From assembly GCA_025786725.1 (NCBI GenBank), contig JAHLTZ010000056.1, positions 31,745 to 95,744 of the forward strand: 64,000 bases of DNA, written 5' to 3'. The translations under genes and the position numbers were made by a program. This document shows, in pieces, positions 12,618 through 26,866 of the stretch. Source of the DNA: Syncephalis fuscata S228. Its lineage: Eukaryota > Fungi > Zoopagomycota. Positions within the stretch are counted from its first letter, which is position 1. Each line of letters begins with the position of its first letter. The notes beneath the pieces are model-generated. The model saw only the letters and a program-made list of their open reading frames with translations. It ran no database searches and had not been told where the DNA came from.

Positions 12618-15600
12618 ATGCCAGACGAGCACTTTTCGTACCAATTCTCTCCCGTGAGCCAATGTGCCCAGGATCGCCATCATCTGTAAGTAAAGTGCGG
12701 TGTATTTCACCAAACATTGAATACATCAGGAGGAGAGTGAGTGAGCGAGTGAGTGAGAGGGCAGGCGAAGAAATGATAGGCCGTTTTAGACCAATAGAGA
12801 CGCGTTGACTTGCGTTTCATCATTTTTGCTATTATATGACTGTTTATTAGCAATGTTGCTAAGAAAGATAGAAATGGTGAGAATCTATAACAAAGGTACC
12901 CAGTATTAATGACTGGGAATCATGTGCCTACATTCCAACCATTGACTTGCTGAAATGCATCTGCAGCATTTCCTAGTCATTGAGTGCATGAGGGACTTAT
13001 GGTAGACTTTCATCCATCTATTAATCAGGCATAATAGCATGGTTAATAAGCAGACATGTTGTAATGCAAGTCAACGCGTGTAGTCTACATGAAAGTCATA
13101 GTTCCCACGAAATGACGATTGTTTAATAGAAACAGTGCTTATTCTAATGAGAATCATTAATAAAAGTCAAGTGTGTGGTAGAGGGAGGGGAGTGTTAATA
13201 ATAATAGTAATAATAATAATAATAATGGTGATGATTAAATCATCATCTCAAATGATTGTCGTATCAATGGGATTCAGGGCCGCAGCTCTACCATCATAAT
13301 TTGGTTATGGCTGAACTTGTTCCTTGAACGATAATTGCAATTGCAGTTGTAACGCTGTTCAATAATTGGCAATAGTAGAAATGGCTGGCATTAAAAACCG
13401 GATCATGCAGCCATAGATGCGGGTACCAATTCTCAAGTACAGATGTGGTCACCCTCATACAACATGCTTGTTATATGTTTAGTGATTTAGAGATTGATCT
13501 GGCTTGGGGACGGATGAATGAATAGCCATCACAGTAATACATTTTCCTTATTCTATTGGATCCCTTCATACTTACTAATCTGTTATGTACATTTTAGTGA
13601 ATTCGATCTTAAATTGCGACAACAGCCCAAACAGTCACGTATGTGTGGTGTGGGTGAAAAAGGTAATTAGTTAATTAATCTGCAATTTAATTTACACTTT
13701 ACTAATTTATTAATATTAGCTGATCGTCGTCCTATCGATCCACCGCCTATTCTTCAATTGCGTGTTGTTAATCACTCACAAAACAGTGAGGATCACACAA
13801 AGACTACGTAAGTCAACTAATCATCTATTGATTATTGCTATAATAGACTAATACTTTTTTAATATCTTTATTTAGCTCGTTTCTTCAAAATCCATATTAT
13901 TTTGTTTATGCATCGTTGGTGTCGCCGGAAAGTGGACAAGAGCTCCATTTATTACGAGATGGTCGCACGCGCGCCACCACCGGCTCTGTTGTATCCTCAC
14001 TTTACCATCTAAAGGATATCGATAACACCGATGGTGGCTTCTTTGTGTTCCCCGACCTTTCGGTCCGTACTGAGGGATCCTACCGCTTAAAGTTCAGCCT
14101 ATTCGAGATTGTCAGCGGTAAAGTCTACCATTGCCGATCCATTTACTCAAATCCATTTATTGTATACTCGGCCAAACGGTTCCCCGGTATGGAAGAATCA
14201 ACCTTCCTATCGCGTTCCTTTGCCGATCAAGGCCTCAAAATACGCATTCGCAAAGAAGTGCGTGTTCGGTAAGTAGTCAGAATAGGCATCCATATTAACC
14301 TCTTATGCTAATGATATGGTTTTTTAATTAGCCGTTTGTCCAAGCGACGTGATTTGACAACACAGATGCGCGAATCACAATTCCAACCTTCATTGACTTC
14401 GTCATTGCCACCGCCCTCCACTTCAGTCTTCCATACACATCGCCAAGTATCACGTCATGACTATAAACATCCCATTAAAGAGATTAATGATCAAGATATG
14501 GATGAAGAGCAACAAGAACAGCAGTCACTATCAACGCCACCACTATCCATGTCTCATCCATACACAGACAGCCATCCTAGTGTAGCTTCATCGGATCATC
14601 GACGTCCCTCCATAACTATTATTACCAATCCAAGCCTTAATAGATTCGCATCTATTCACCCAGTACGTACACTAAGTGCACCCAATGCTCTTCACTCCTC
14701 TATCAGTAAGCAACCATATCCATGTGCCTCGAATAGTGATGATGGTATGGCTTTGGTATCTCAGTCTCAACATCGCTTCTTTCCCCCACCAATGCTCACT
14801 GCACCACTTCGACGTGAATCTAGTGATACTGGATCTATTGAGCAACGTTCAGTAGCACCACGTCAGCTACATCCACATCATCATCATCACCATCACCACC
14901 ACCCACATCATCATCATTTAGAAGCCAATCCATCTCATACGCATGCTATGAATGGTGGAGATAGTGTTAATAGTCATATGACAAAATCTATAGGTCCACA
15001 CCATCATCATCCGCACTATCATCATCATTATGATCATCATAATCATCGTGGATCCCCTTCTATTCCACAATACACAACGACCGATTCAGCTGTATCTAAT
15101 ACAGGTAGCTCTAGTCCATCGGGTCATTACCATCCACACCCACATCCACATCATCATCACCAGTTACTGACCTCTTCACACTCTTCACCTGCACCCACTC
15201 ATGCCCACTATAGAGGTAGTAGTCAGGCCAGTAGTCCTATGTCTGCCTCTTCACGATCATATCCAAATACCACCATTTATCGCCCAGTCCATATACACGG
15301 CGCTTCAGCCATGGATCAGTGGTCACTAACACTAACACTAGTACAGCTACTAGATATTCCCCGTATGAAGCTGCTTATGCTCACAGGTGCTCCATTTCAT
15401 CCACTTCATCCACTCTATCGTTGTCACATCATATGCGTCAACAATTAACGCCACCTTCTTATTCATCTCATTCGCTGACCCTTTCATCTCCTCAAACACC
15501 TAATGCACCATTCTACCCTCCACCAAGTGCCACCAATACTGAGCTATCTGTATATAAAATCAAGTCGACATCTCATACTGACTATCCTTCTACTCAGTAT

Positions 15601-16146
15601 AGCTATGGTTATTATCCACACCAACAGGCTCATCACTCAACTGCTTCTCTCTATAATAGTCCCCGATCGGCCAGTACTCGTCCTAATGGACCTGTATTGC
15701 CACCACTAGCCACTGCTGTCAATACTACTGATACTAATACTACGCCATCTGCTGTCATATCGGTATCCTCTTCCGCCTCCACTCCATATCATCCACACCA
15801 TCACCACTATTATCACCACCATGTTCTACACCATCCATTACGCGAGTCGCCTACATCGGACACAGGCTATGAATCTATAGTGCGACTACCTAATGGCAAT
15901 GCTCTACGTAGTACGGATCCAACACTTGTACATCATTCTTTGCCATTACTCTCTCATTCCAAGTCAATATTCCCTTCTAGTCATCATGCAGCCTATCATC
16001 ACCGCCACACTTCAATGGACACTCTATCGCCAACAGCAACTAATATGGTGACTAATACGTCAACACCACCTACAGATAACGAGAGTGTGGTCAGTGCCAA
16101 TACTACTTCTACTACCAACATGATCACATCACCCACAGCCTTTTAA
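12618..16146 (+). CDS. Velvet-family (VosA/VeA-like) transcription regulator with long His/Ser/Pro-rich C-terminus
   Basis: Exons 12618-12685, 13598-13662, 13720-13807, 13876-14268, 14332-16146 join in phase: MPDEHFSY...HHLEFDLKLRQQPKQSRMCGVGEKADRRPIDPPPILQL...GGFFVFPDLSVRTEGSYRLKFSLF...YSAKRFPGMEEST (velvet domain). One apparent frameshift at ~15310. Exon 1 is inferred from phase and a GTAAGT donor. Confidence 0.92.
12800..13079 (+). other. Long imperfect RNA hairpin within velvet intron 12686-13597
   Basis: Perfect 14-bp outer stem 12800-12813/13066-13079, with nested stems 12836-12858/13035-13057, 12868-12901/12992-13021 and 12903-12920/12968-12987. Confidence 0.8.
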
Positions 16147-16667
16147 TCTATTTGACTTGATTGGTTGATTTGTTAACGTACACACACTTAAATGTTACGT
16201 AAAATGTTATAGTTGATACTATTCATCTTTACCAGATTATTATTGATTGATGTGACTTCATAGCTTCTTTCTTTTCTTTCTTTTCTCTTTTTTCGTTAAC
16301 TACAAGCATTTGTTGGTTCTTTTGTACCATTCGGACCATTTCCTTTCTTTGTTTTTCTATGGCTCTCTTTTGTTTCTTTGCTTTCTAGCACAGTCATAAA
16401 TATGTGCGTATTTTATTCATCATTTCTTGTGTCATTAACCACATGTAAGGATAATGTTTGTTCTTCTATTTATCTGTCCATAGGTGTCATATTAATACGC
16501 TTTATTTAAAGTGGACAGTTTAGAACCTTTTGTTCTGTTTAAAATAGCAGTAGTGGTATTAAAAACGGCTTTATAATTAAACTATTAAAAACACAATTAT
16601 AACTTATGATATACAAAAAAGTAATATTATTAGTAATAAATGGTTATTTTTCTTTAATTATTACATT

Positions 16668-17851
16668 ATGAATACACCGCGTCATTCTGCAAATACTACA
16701 AAGATTAGTAAGCCGGTTGCTGTATCGGCTAGTGCACAGCGTTCGGTGCTGTTGTTGGATTGTTTGGTTGACCAAGAGCGCGACACGTTATTTGCACCAC
16801 AGCTTTCAATTATTGAATCGTCTATACAGCGAGTCATTCAGCAGACATTGCGTCAAACTGCCACTAGAGACGACTTTTTGGCCAAGCATGACGATAGTTT
16901 AAACAGTGGTTTGAGTACAGGTACAGCAATGAATGTACCTGTCCCGTCAATGTAAGTTATACTAACGGGTATAGACAAGCCATTCAATATGGCGCTTGTT
17001 CCCTTGATGTTAATAGTCGATACTTACTAAACAGCATTGGCTGTAACCTGTACACGGTATTCGTAGATCCAAAACCAATGCTGGCTATCAGGCCTTTTAC
17101 CGAGAATGTATCACGAGAGTCGAGCAAGCATTGGTGACGGTACGGGATGCTCTACAAGTCCTCAAGGTAAGTGCTGTTGTATGGACACGCATCCAACACC
17201 ATGTAATAACTTGTTTCCCCGTCATTTTATGACCGACCATGTAACGGGACAACTGAAGCCGAAAGAATTGCCGGACCCACTGGGAATAGGCGAGGAGAAT
17301 CACGAGATGGGGTCGCAGCATGACGAGGCCCGTCGAATTGATGAGGCTGGCGCAGCACTAGCCCATGCTGCTACAATATTTGCTCAAGAGGCGGATCGGT
17401 TAAAGAAAATATGGCCGGTAGAACTACAGCACTGGGTCGAGGATGCAAATACTCGTCCTCACCCATCTACAATAGCCGGTGAGTTATTAAAAGGCACATG
17501 TTAGTTGTCAACTTATACTTGTTTATTGGCATGCTTTTGTAGGACTGAACGAGGCAGTTATACAAGTACAAATGCATCTGGATGCTGTGAACAAAGTAAG
17601 AAACAGTATAATAGCTGCAATTCATCAGCTAATAAATATATGCATAGCGCTTTGCTACACGAAGACAGATTCGTGATACACATGCATCTATCGCGGCTAC
17701 ATTGGCCAATACGGCAACTGAACATAAGATGCCCGTATTGGCCGATCAAGCAGCGAGATGGCAATTCTTAGAGACAACACGTGGCCGATTAGAAACAGCA
17801 CTTATTCAACTGGAACGATGGCAAACAACTTTACACGCCACCTTACTGTAG
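16668..17851 (+). CDS. Multi-exon coiled-coil protein, possibly augmin subunit 7 (HAUS7/AUG7)-like
   Basis: Plausible spliced frame MNTPRH...LLLDCLVDQERDTLFAPQLSII...FAQEADRLKKIWPVELQHWVEDANTRPHPSTIAGLNEAVIQVQMHLDAVNKIRDTHASIA...TLHATLL* (TAG 17849-17851). The AUG7 resemblance is recalled, not searched. Confidence 0.5.
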
Positions 17852-18022
17852 TTAATAGCAAGAAAAAATCGCTTATTATTATCGTTATTTACATAAAGAA
17901 TTATGATTAAAGTGAAATACGAGACGAAATGATATAACAATAATATTATTAATAATAGTGTTAATAGTGTTAATAGTTGATGTTGATAATAATAATAATA
18001 ATAAAATTGAGAGAATGATGAA

Positions 18023-20042
<2,020 letters not shown>

Positions 20043-20269
20043 ATTCAGTGCTTGTAACGAGATCGTGCAATTGATTATTTAAAACAAAGAAAAGTAAAAA
20101 TACGTCATGGCTGTTGTAACAATTCGGTCAATGCTGTACACGCCATCATTCAAATACAGTATATTTCTTAATTTACATTTAATGTTTACTATTTAATATA
20201 TTAATCTAGCCAAGAAATAGGCTTTATACAATAATAAATAGCTGCATCCTTCAATATTTATTGCGTTGC

Positions 20270-20916
20270 TTACAACGATTTGCCCATAAACTTTCTTTTT
20301 TGAAAGCTCATCCACCATTTACTCAAACTACCATCAGCATACAAATGTGCCACTAGTCGATCAGATAATTCTTGTCGGTATTGTTGTAGGTATTGTCCAA
20401 GCGTATCTATTAAATAAATAAATAAATATAATTAAATTCGTGCTTTTCAATGTATTATCGGGTATCTACCAGCTTCTGGTCGGCCATTAGGCGCCGAGTA
20501 GACGGCGTTTAAGCTAAATGTGGCGTCGCCCGGCATAGGAAATTTACCCAAGGAATGCGTTTGCAAAAGCTTTTGCGCATCTTGCTGTGACGGCGCCGGA
20601 TTCTTGGTAGCTATTTTGCCTAGACAGTCAGAGATATAAAGAATGCCGTAGATTAACAAACGATCGCCATCGCCTTTTATCTCAAAGTTTCGGAAAAAGC
20701 AATTGGCGCGGAATAGGTCAAGGGCCTCGTCGATAGCATCAGGAGCGTCAACATCGGCCGGTGTAGGTGCAGGTCCACGATATTTTGTTTTTAAAGGCAA
20801 TAAATAGATGCCGCCAATAGAGCGCGCATCGTTGGTATTAAATGCAGAATGGTAAACCTGACAGGTATTTAAACGTCTAGTCTGGTTATCTTATCATAAT
20901 AGCGACTTACCGGCAT
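20270..20916 (-). CDS. ARPC3: Arp2/3 complex subunit 3 (p21-Arc)
   Basis: ATG CCG|gtaagt, then VYHSAF...PLKTKYRGPAP...DEALDLFRANCFFRNFEIKGDGDRLLIY...KWWMSFQKRKFMGKSL*. Confidence 0.95.
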
Positions 20917-21826
20917 GGTGACTGTAGTCGATACAACTCGTGCTGTGTTGGTGTGCGTGGCGGTAAGCACGTTGGTAATAAAGATGATGTTGAATGAATG
21001 TGTACGGAATCTTGGTCAAGGTGTTAAAGTTGTCAAGCTAGGATGACGACGATTATGGCAAAGGGATTGTGTCAAGTATAAAAATAGAATCAGCTCAGTT
21101 TCATTTTGGATGTTTTTACGATTGTACAGTATTTCACTCAAAGGCAGTGCAATAACTAAAATTATCTATCGTGCTAGCGCTTCAAATCTAGTCATGACTA
21201 ATTAACCTGCGGTTGGTTAGTATATAACAGCTATTTGGGAGTGTACATTCCGGCGTGTATTTTTTATCTATAAAATAGAAAGGAAATAGCTGTATTTACA
21301 CCAGTGCATGCGCCTGCAGTCTTATGTTGCACAATTTTGTTTATTCATAATAAATTGAATAGTAAAGATAGTGTAAGTTTATATCTTTTGCAATAAAATA
21401 GTAAAAATTCTAAATAGCATTGTACGAAATAAACGTAATAATAGTGCCATGCCACATTATACGGATTTAAGAAACTCCTTGTTGTGTCAATTGATCGTCA
21501 ATGTCGCATGTCACCACACGATAGTTCAGTCATATGGCGAACATGCATAATTTATTGCTTAATTTAGTTTGACGTCCAAATATGTTAATAACGGCGTTGT
21601 TTAAAGGATAAACATTTTAACTGCCTGTAAAACCGACTATTGCTTTTGCTCCTTTTACTGCATCCGTACCGCCTATTTTGCTTAATATTCCCTCCATTTA
21701 CTTACTTAATTATTACTATTCGTACAGATTTTAATCATACAAAAAATATAGCTATAGATTCAGTTGTATATTGTTCGAATAGTAGTTTATTACATTGAAT
21801 GATAAGCAGCTTTATACATATATATT

Positions 21827-22818
21827 ATGTCTACCTACGAAGAATGGGCCAATTATAGTCCTATAGAGTTCTTGCAGCATAATAATGGCACTATGCAAGA
21901 CATCCAGGATCGAAGTATTGGTGTATCTGGACAGCTAATGATTAATGTCCTACCAGGTACAATCTTCATTCATTGTACCTATCGTGCCGTCTTTATGACC
22001 ATCAGAAATCCCAACAGAGTTGCTTCTTGGTGTTGCTTAATATTATCGCTTATTGGTGTGCTTGAATTCTGGTTCTTTCTTACAGCTGGATATATATTTG
22101 ACATCTTTAGTTGTAAATCTTTATTGTGGAGCGCTATTATTAGCGTTTCTTTAGCACCATTATTTGTTAATCTTGCTCTTTTAGAGCGTGTATATATTGT
22201 ATATGCTTGTAAGCGCTGGATACTTATTGTTGGTGTTATTTTATCTTGTATATCTCCATTTGTTTTTATATATACTTTATCGAAAAAGACCGATATGTCC
22301 TATCGTCCTTTGCTGGGATGCAATGTCTTGATTCCTCCAATAGCATCATTTGCTCGTGTAATTACCGATGCACCTATCAATATTGGGTTTTCATTTGCAT
22401 TTATTCTGGTTATCTACCGTCAATACAAACGATTTGGGGCTGCGTGCTGGAAAGAGCTGGCCCAAACCGGGATGATAACATCAATGCTAATTGTAGCATC
22501 CAATATTTTATGTATGCTTGCAAATGCAGCCAGCGTTCTTGGTCATTATACCGACATGATTTACTTGGCTGACTGGTACGTACTAAATTGTTTAGTAAAC
22601 AACAATTAGTGTTAACTTTTTTTAGGATTTTTACTACTTTATTGCTGGTTAATAATACCAGCTATTTGGAAACACTAGCTCAAAGAACAAGCGAAAGTCG
22701 TAGCCGCAATCAAAGAGATTACATGAGACAAAACTCTATGAATTCTATTAACTTTCCGACAGAGACAGCCGTTGATATATGGGCATCACGTCCAGGTGGC
22801 ACTATGCTTTATCGATAA
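21827..22818 (+). CDS. Seven-transmembrane GPCR-like membrane protein
   Basis: Exons 21827-22575 and 22626-22818; seven hydrophobic segments; Cys before TM3 (FSCK) and in the TM4-5 loop (LGCN); LLERVY at the end of TM3. Confidence 0.65.
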
Positions 22819-23595
22819 CCAAAAGTTTGTATGAAACAAAAACATATACTGTCTAGTAAATAAATTACTTTATTTTCATTATTGTATTTGGTTATATATA
22901 CATATGTTGTGTTAGAAAATTCGACTTAATTAAATGCTGGAAACATAACATATTTATAAAAATTATTGTAATATGTTGCATTCAAGAATGACAAATAACA
23001 GCGAATTCAAATGTAATTGGCAAATTATAGCCTAAAATTGTCTGTTATTTTTTAAAACTTGGATAATTCTCAATAGATCATCCGTTCTCATTGTTTTACT
23101 ACAGTAACAATGGAAATTATACGCAAATTAAGAAGAGAAAAGTTATTTTTTATTAAGTAAATTTGTGTAATTTTTATAAACTTTTGAAAGTTAATTTAAA
23201 GTATTGTGGGAAAATACCTGCATAAATATTTTCTAAAGTTACTTTCCGTAATGAATAAAGTTATTCGTTACCTATTCATTACTTATTAAAAGTGAGAGTG
23301 GCATTATACATGCTAAAATTACTAGGATGTGTTATTCCCTTCATATAAATATGTGACAATCTGGCCATTAGTAGGGATTATAATAATACTAATGGTAATT
23401 AGCATAGTTTGGATACACTGATGGAAGTGTGAGTATATATAAATGATGCTTGGCAGTGTGATATGAGAACATCAACTGTAGCCTGGTATTAATACAAATG
23501 CCATACTGCTGAAAACTTTTGTATGTTGTTAGCTTAATTTTGTTTTTGTAATTAGTGCTTAATTTTCTTCTAGTATACACAGATTTGTTTATAAA

Positions 23596-24341
23596 ATGCT
23601 TGAGCAACTTTACAGTTTTTTATACGACTCTTTATGTCGCTTTTTAAGTTGGCTAGACGGAAATACTCACTCTAGTAAACAGCTGGAACACACTTCCAAA
23701 AAAGAGCCCAAGATCACATTTAAACTGGTTGTTGATCCTGATGATGCTTACAATCTACAGAGAGCCTGTAAGTAATTGTATACTATGCGCGTATGTTTAT
23801 CTTATGATTGTGCGTAGGTTTTCTGCCCGAAGAGTGCGACAATATAAATACTATTAGGATGTATCACAGAGAAGCGCCAGAGCTTTTTTATGGCGCATAT
23901 GTTAACGGTGAAGATGGGAAAGCCGAAAAATTAATCGGGTTTTTGTGTGGAATAGTTACAACTGGCTCATATGTCACAAAAGAAATTACCGAAAAACATG
24001 AGCCACATGGAGACAACGTGTGCGTCAATATAATATGCGTCGACAAAGATTACCGCTATCAAGGTATCAGTGACGGGCTGATCTTTAAATACCGTAAACT
24101 TCTTGATAACATGAACGCTCGTCACAAAGAAGCCACTGGAAGTAAAACGAATAGATACAAAAATGTACTAATGGTAACGCATGCCTCACTCATTCCATAC
24201 TATGAGCACTATGGATGTAAATTTGTTGGCCTCTCTAAATTAGTTATGGGTAAGCAGGATATCGAACAATAGGTATTGCATTTAATCCTGACTGTTTGTT
24301 TAGGTCCAGAGCCGTGGTATGACATGCGTCTTCTACTATAG
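23596..24341 (+). CDS. GNAT N-acetyltransferase (polyamine/arylalkylamine NAT, Paa1-like)
   Basis: Exons 23596-23767, 23818-24249, 24304-24341; motifs APELFYG, LIGF, HEPHG, ICVDKDYRYQGI (acetyl-CoA motif A), LIPYYE, GPEPWYDM. Confidence 0.85.
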
Positions 24342-24749
24342 TTTTTCTGTCTTATAAGTTTCGTGATAATGCATAAATACTCAAATAAATCATAATTTGA
24401 TTTTAAATCTTGATTTCGATTTATTATTTCGTTGGATTGTTTGCTAGTTACATTAATAATTTTAGCAATATATTTCATGATTGTAATAAATCACTGTCCA
24501 TATAATAAGCAATTATTTTATAGCACTTAATACACGTTATACAAATGATTATATTTAGTTATAACTAATGTACATTATAGAATTCAATAATATTGTTGCG
24601 TATAGCTTTTATTCTTTTCAAGCTTTTGCTTATTTATCAATTGTTAACATTGCATGCTCATTTAATATAAAATATATTAATATTTATTATTTATATATCA
24701 TATTCAGTAAAAAATATTATTGCAATATCCAGCTTAATAGCAATAAACT

Positions 24750-25285
24750 AAGGTAGAAAGACTGGATGATGAGCGTGTGCTTGTTGCAAAATTTTCCATG
24801 GGTGGCTTTAATGATTCGGCGATCGAAGTAAACAGCAAAGTGTTAAGTTTTGCAGTAATTTCAACTAATTGCGACAATCCAAATCAATTCACGGATGGTC
24901 AGAACCCCATTTGATCATACTATATTGAAACCGCCAGTGCAACACCAATCATTACTTACAATGCTGTAGCAATAATAGCTACAGAGGGACTATTTATATA
25001 CAATTTAGCCGATGGTACCATTATATTTCAACCTAATATTTAAGCATTGGAGTCAATATTAACGCTTTACAATTGGTATACTTTAGCAACTAAGTGCCAA
25101 ATGCAAAACCTAATTGTCTGTACTTCTAAAAACAGATATACTAAAATAATCAGTTAACCAACAGCAAGCAGCTTGACATTCTAAATACTGAATTATTGGC
25201 CACATTATCAGTGGAATCAAACACAACAAATGCACTTGTTATGCGTTCCAATAATGGTTATAAAATAGCTGACGTTTCGTGTTAA
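24750..25285 (+). pseudogene. Degenerate gene fragment of unknown family
   Basis: Protein-like frame KVERLDDERVLVAKF...QNPI*SYYIETASATPII...FIYNLADGTIIF, with stops at 24912 and 25041, ending ...NNGYKIADVSC*. Confidence 0.4.
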
Positions 25286-25719
25286 TAAATACAAGTATCA
25301 TTAATTATTTAAACATATCTGAAATGTTCTCTGATAAACTTTACCATATGTCGCATTATAGAGATTCGACCATATGGCAAAAGGAATAAAAAGAACGATG
25401 TACTTTATCATTTACATTGTTTATTCCATTATTATAAAAATAGACTTTGTAGATCATCTTATCGCTTTGGTAACATTATAAGTAGTAAAAGAGTGGTACA
25501 TTTAGAAATTAAAACTGAAAAAAGAACAGGATAAAATAACGATTTTCATGAAAGAATATGATCATATCTGTACATGCATGATGGTGCATATGCTTTTATG
25601 AGTACCCTGAACGACAATAATGCCATCCTTTTCAAACCCGCTTGTGACATGTAATTTGTAGGTTAAAAAAGCACATGAATTGTAATTATTTTCTTCCGGT
25701 CACATCCACATAACATTAC

Positions 25720-26640
25720 GTCATTCTTATCATTACAAAACACCGTTATCAGTTAGTATGAGATAATAAGCTTTTTCAATCATCATTACGCAGACATGGT
25801 AGCACGGTTTTATACTTGATAAATTAGAATATGAATTACTAGAGCTTGGAATATTATGAACCAAGTTTTAGGCAATATGCCAAGAATGCCAATGTTATGC
25901 TAATAATTGCAGTTTTTGGTTAGTAGGTTGGAGATCGTTTGATTGGCATTACTAACGCTATGCTACAAATGATGTTTTGATGCTAATAAGTTTTTTGGCG
26001 TCCTATATAATACAGCTTATTTGCTAAACAACTGATAAAAACTTTTAAATGTTTGTGACATGTTCAAGTCATGACGACTTGTAACAAGGGTGGTGTGAAT
26101 GATTTCATCCACCATAGGCACATTTTCTATCGATCCCATCAGGCACTCAACCCACACGACCAAGCCTGAAAGTCACAACTTGGCAGCCGATAGTTGGCAT
26201 GTCAATTAGTTACGATTCGCGTCAAGTTGTAAATGAGTCTTTAGTGATTTGCTTTGTTTTTATACTTAATCGCTATTGATAATTGTATTTGCTAATTCAA
26301 CTCAGCTTCCGTAGCTTTTACGATTATTAGTGTGAACTTTTGATTTGATTATTCCTCCATTTATTGACGGGAAAATAAGAACAACAAAGATTATAAATAA
26401 AAAACGCGTATTTCACCACACATACGCTATAAATTAGATAGATATTAGCGCGTCTGCATTACTGCATATGTATGTGTGTAAGTGTTTTTGTGTATTTGCA
26501 CGCGACTTGCGTGGATGGATGTTTGTTCATAGTTGTAAATGACATGTGCATTGTGTTTCACAGAATATTGATTGGAAGGACGGCGTTTAAACTTGATGGT
26601 TGAAATCCTATCACACCAATCGGAAGGCATGATAACGGTC
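25720..26640 (+). promoter_or_regulatory. Clustered GATA motifs upstream of the ammonium transporter (possible AreA/Gln3-type nitrogen control)
   Basis: CTTATC 25726, GTTATC 25745, AGATAA 25761, TGATAA ~25817, ~26033, ~26277 and ~26630. Short motifs in AT-rich DNA, so weak evidence. Confidence 0.35.
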
Positions 26641-26866
26641 AGGCTCGGGCTAGCCCATCCATCTAGATCCGCATGGTCGCTATCGCCCACATTTCCCACT
26701 GGGTACTGGGTACTGGTGCTGACAAGCTGGACTATAAAACGAACTGGTTACAGGCTTTGACGCACATATTCATATCACCATTTCTATCTACAGCACATCT
26801 TCGTGATAGGCTATCTATATTATTTTATATTTTTATTGAACGACCGTCGTTTTCTATCTTACAACC

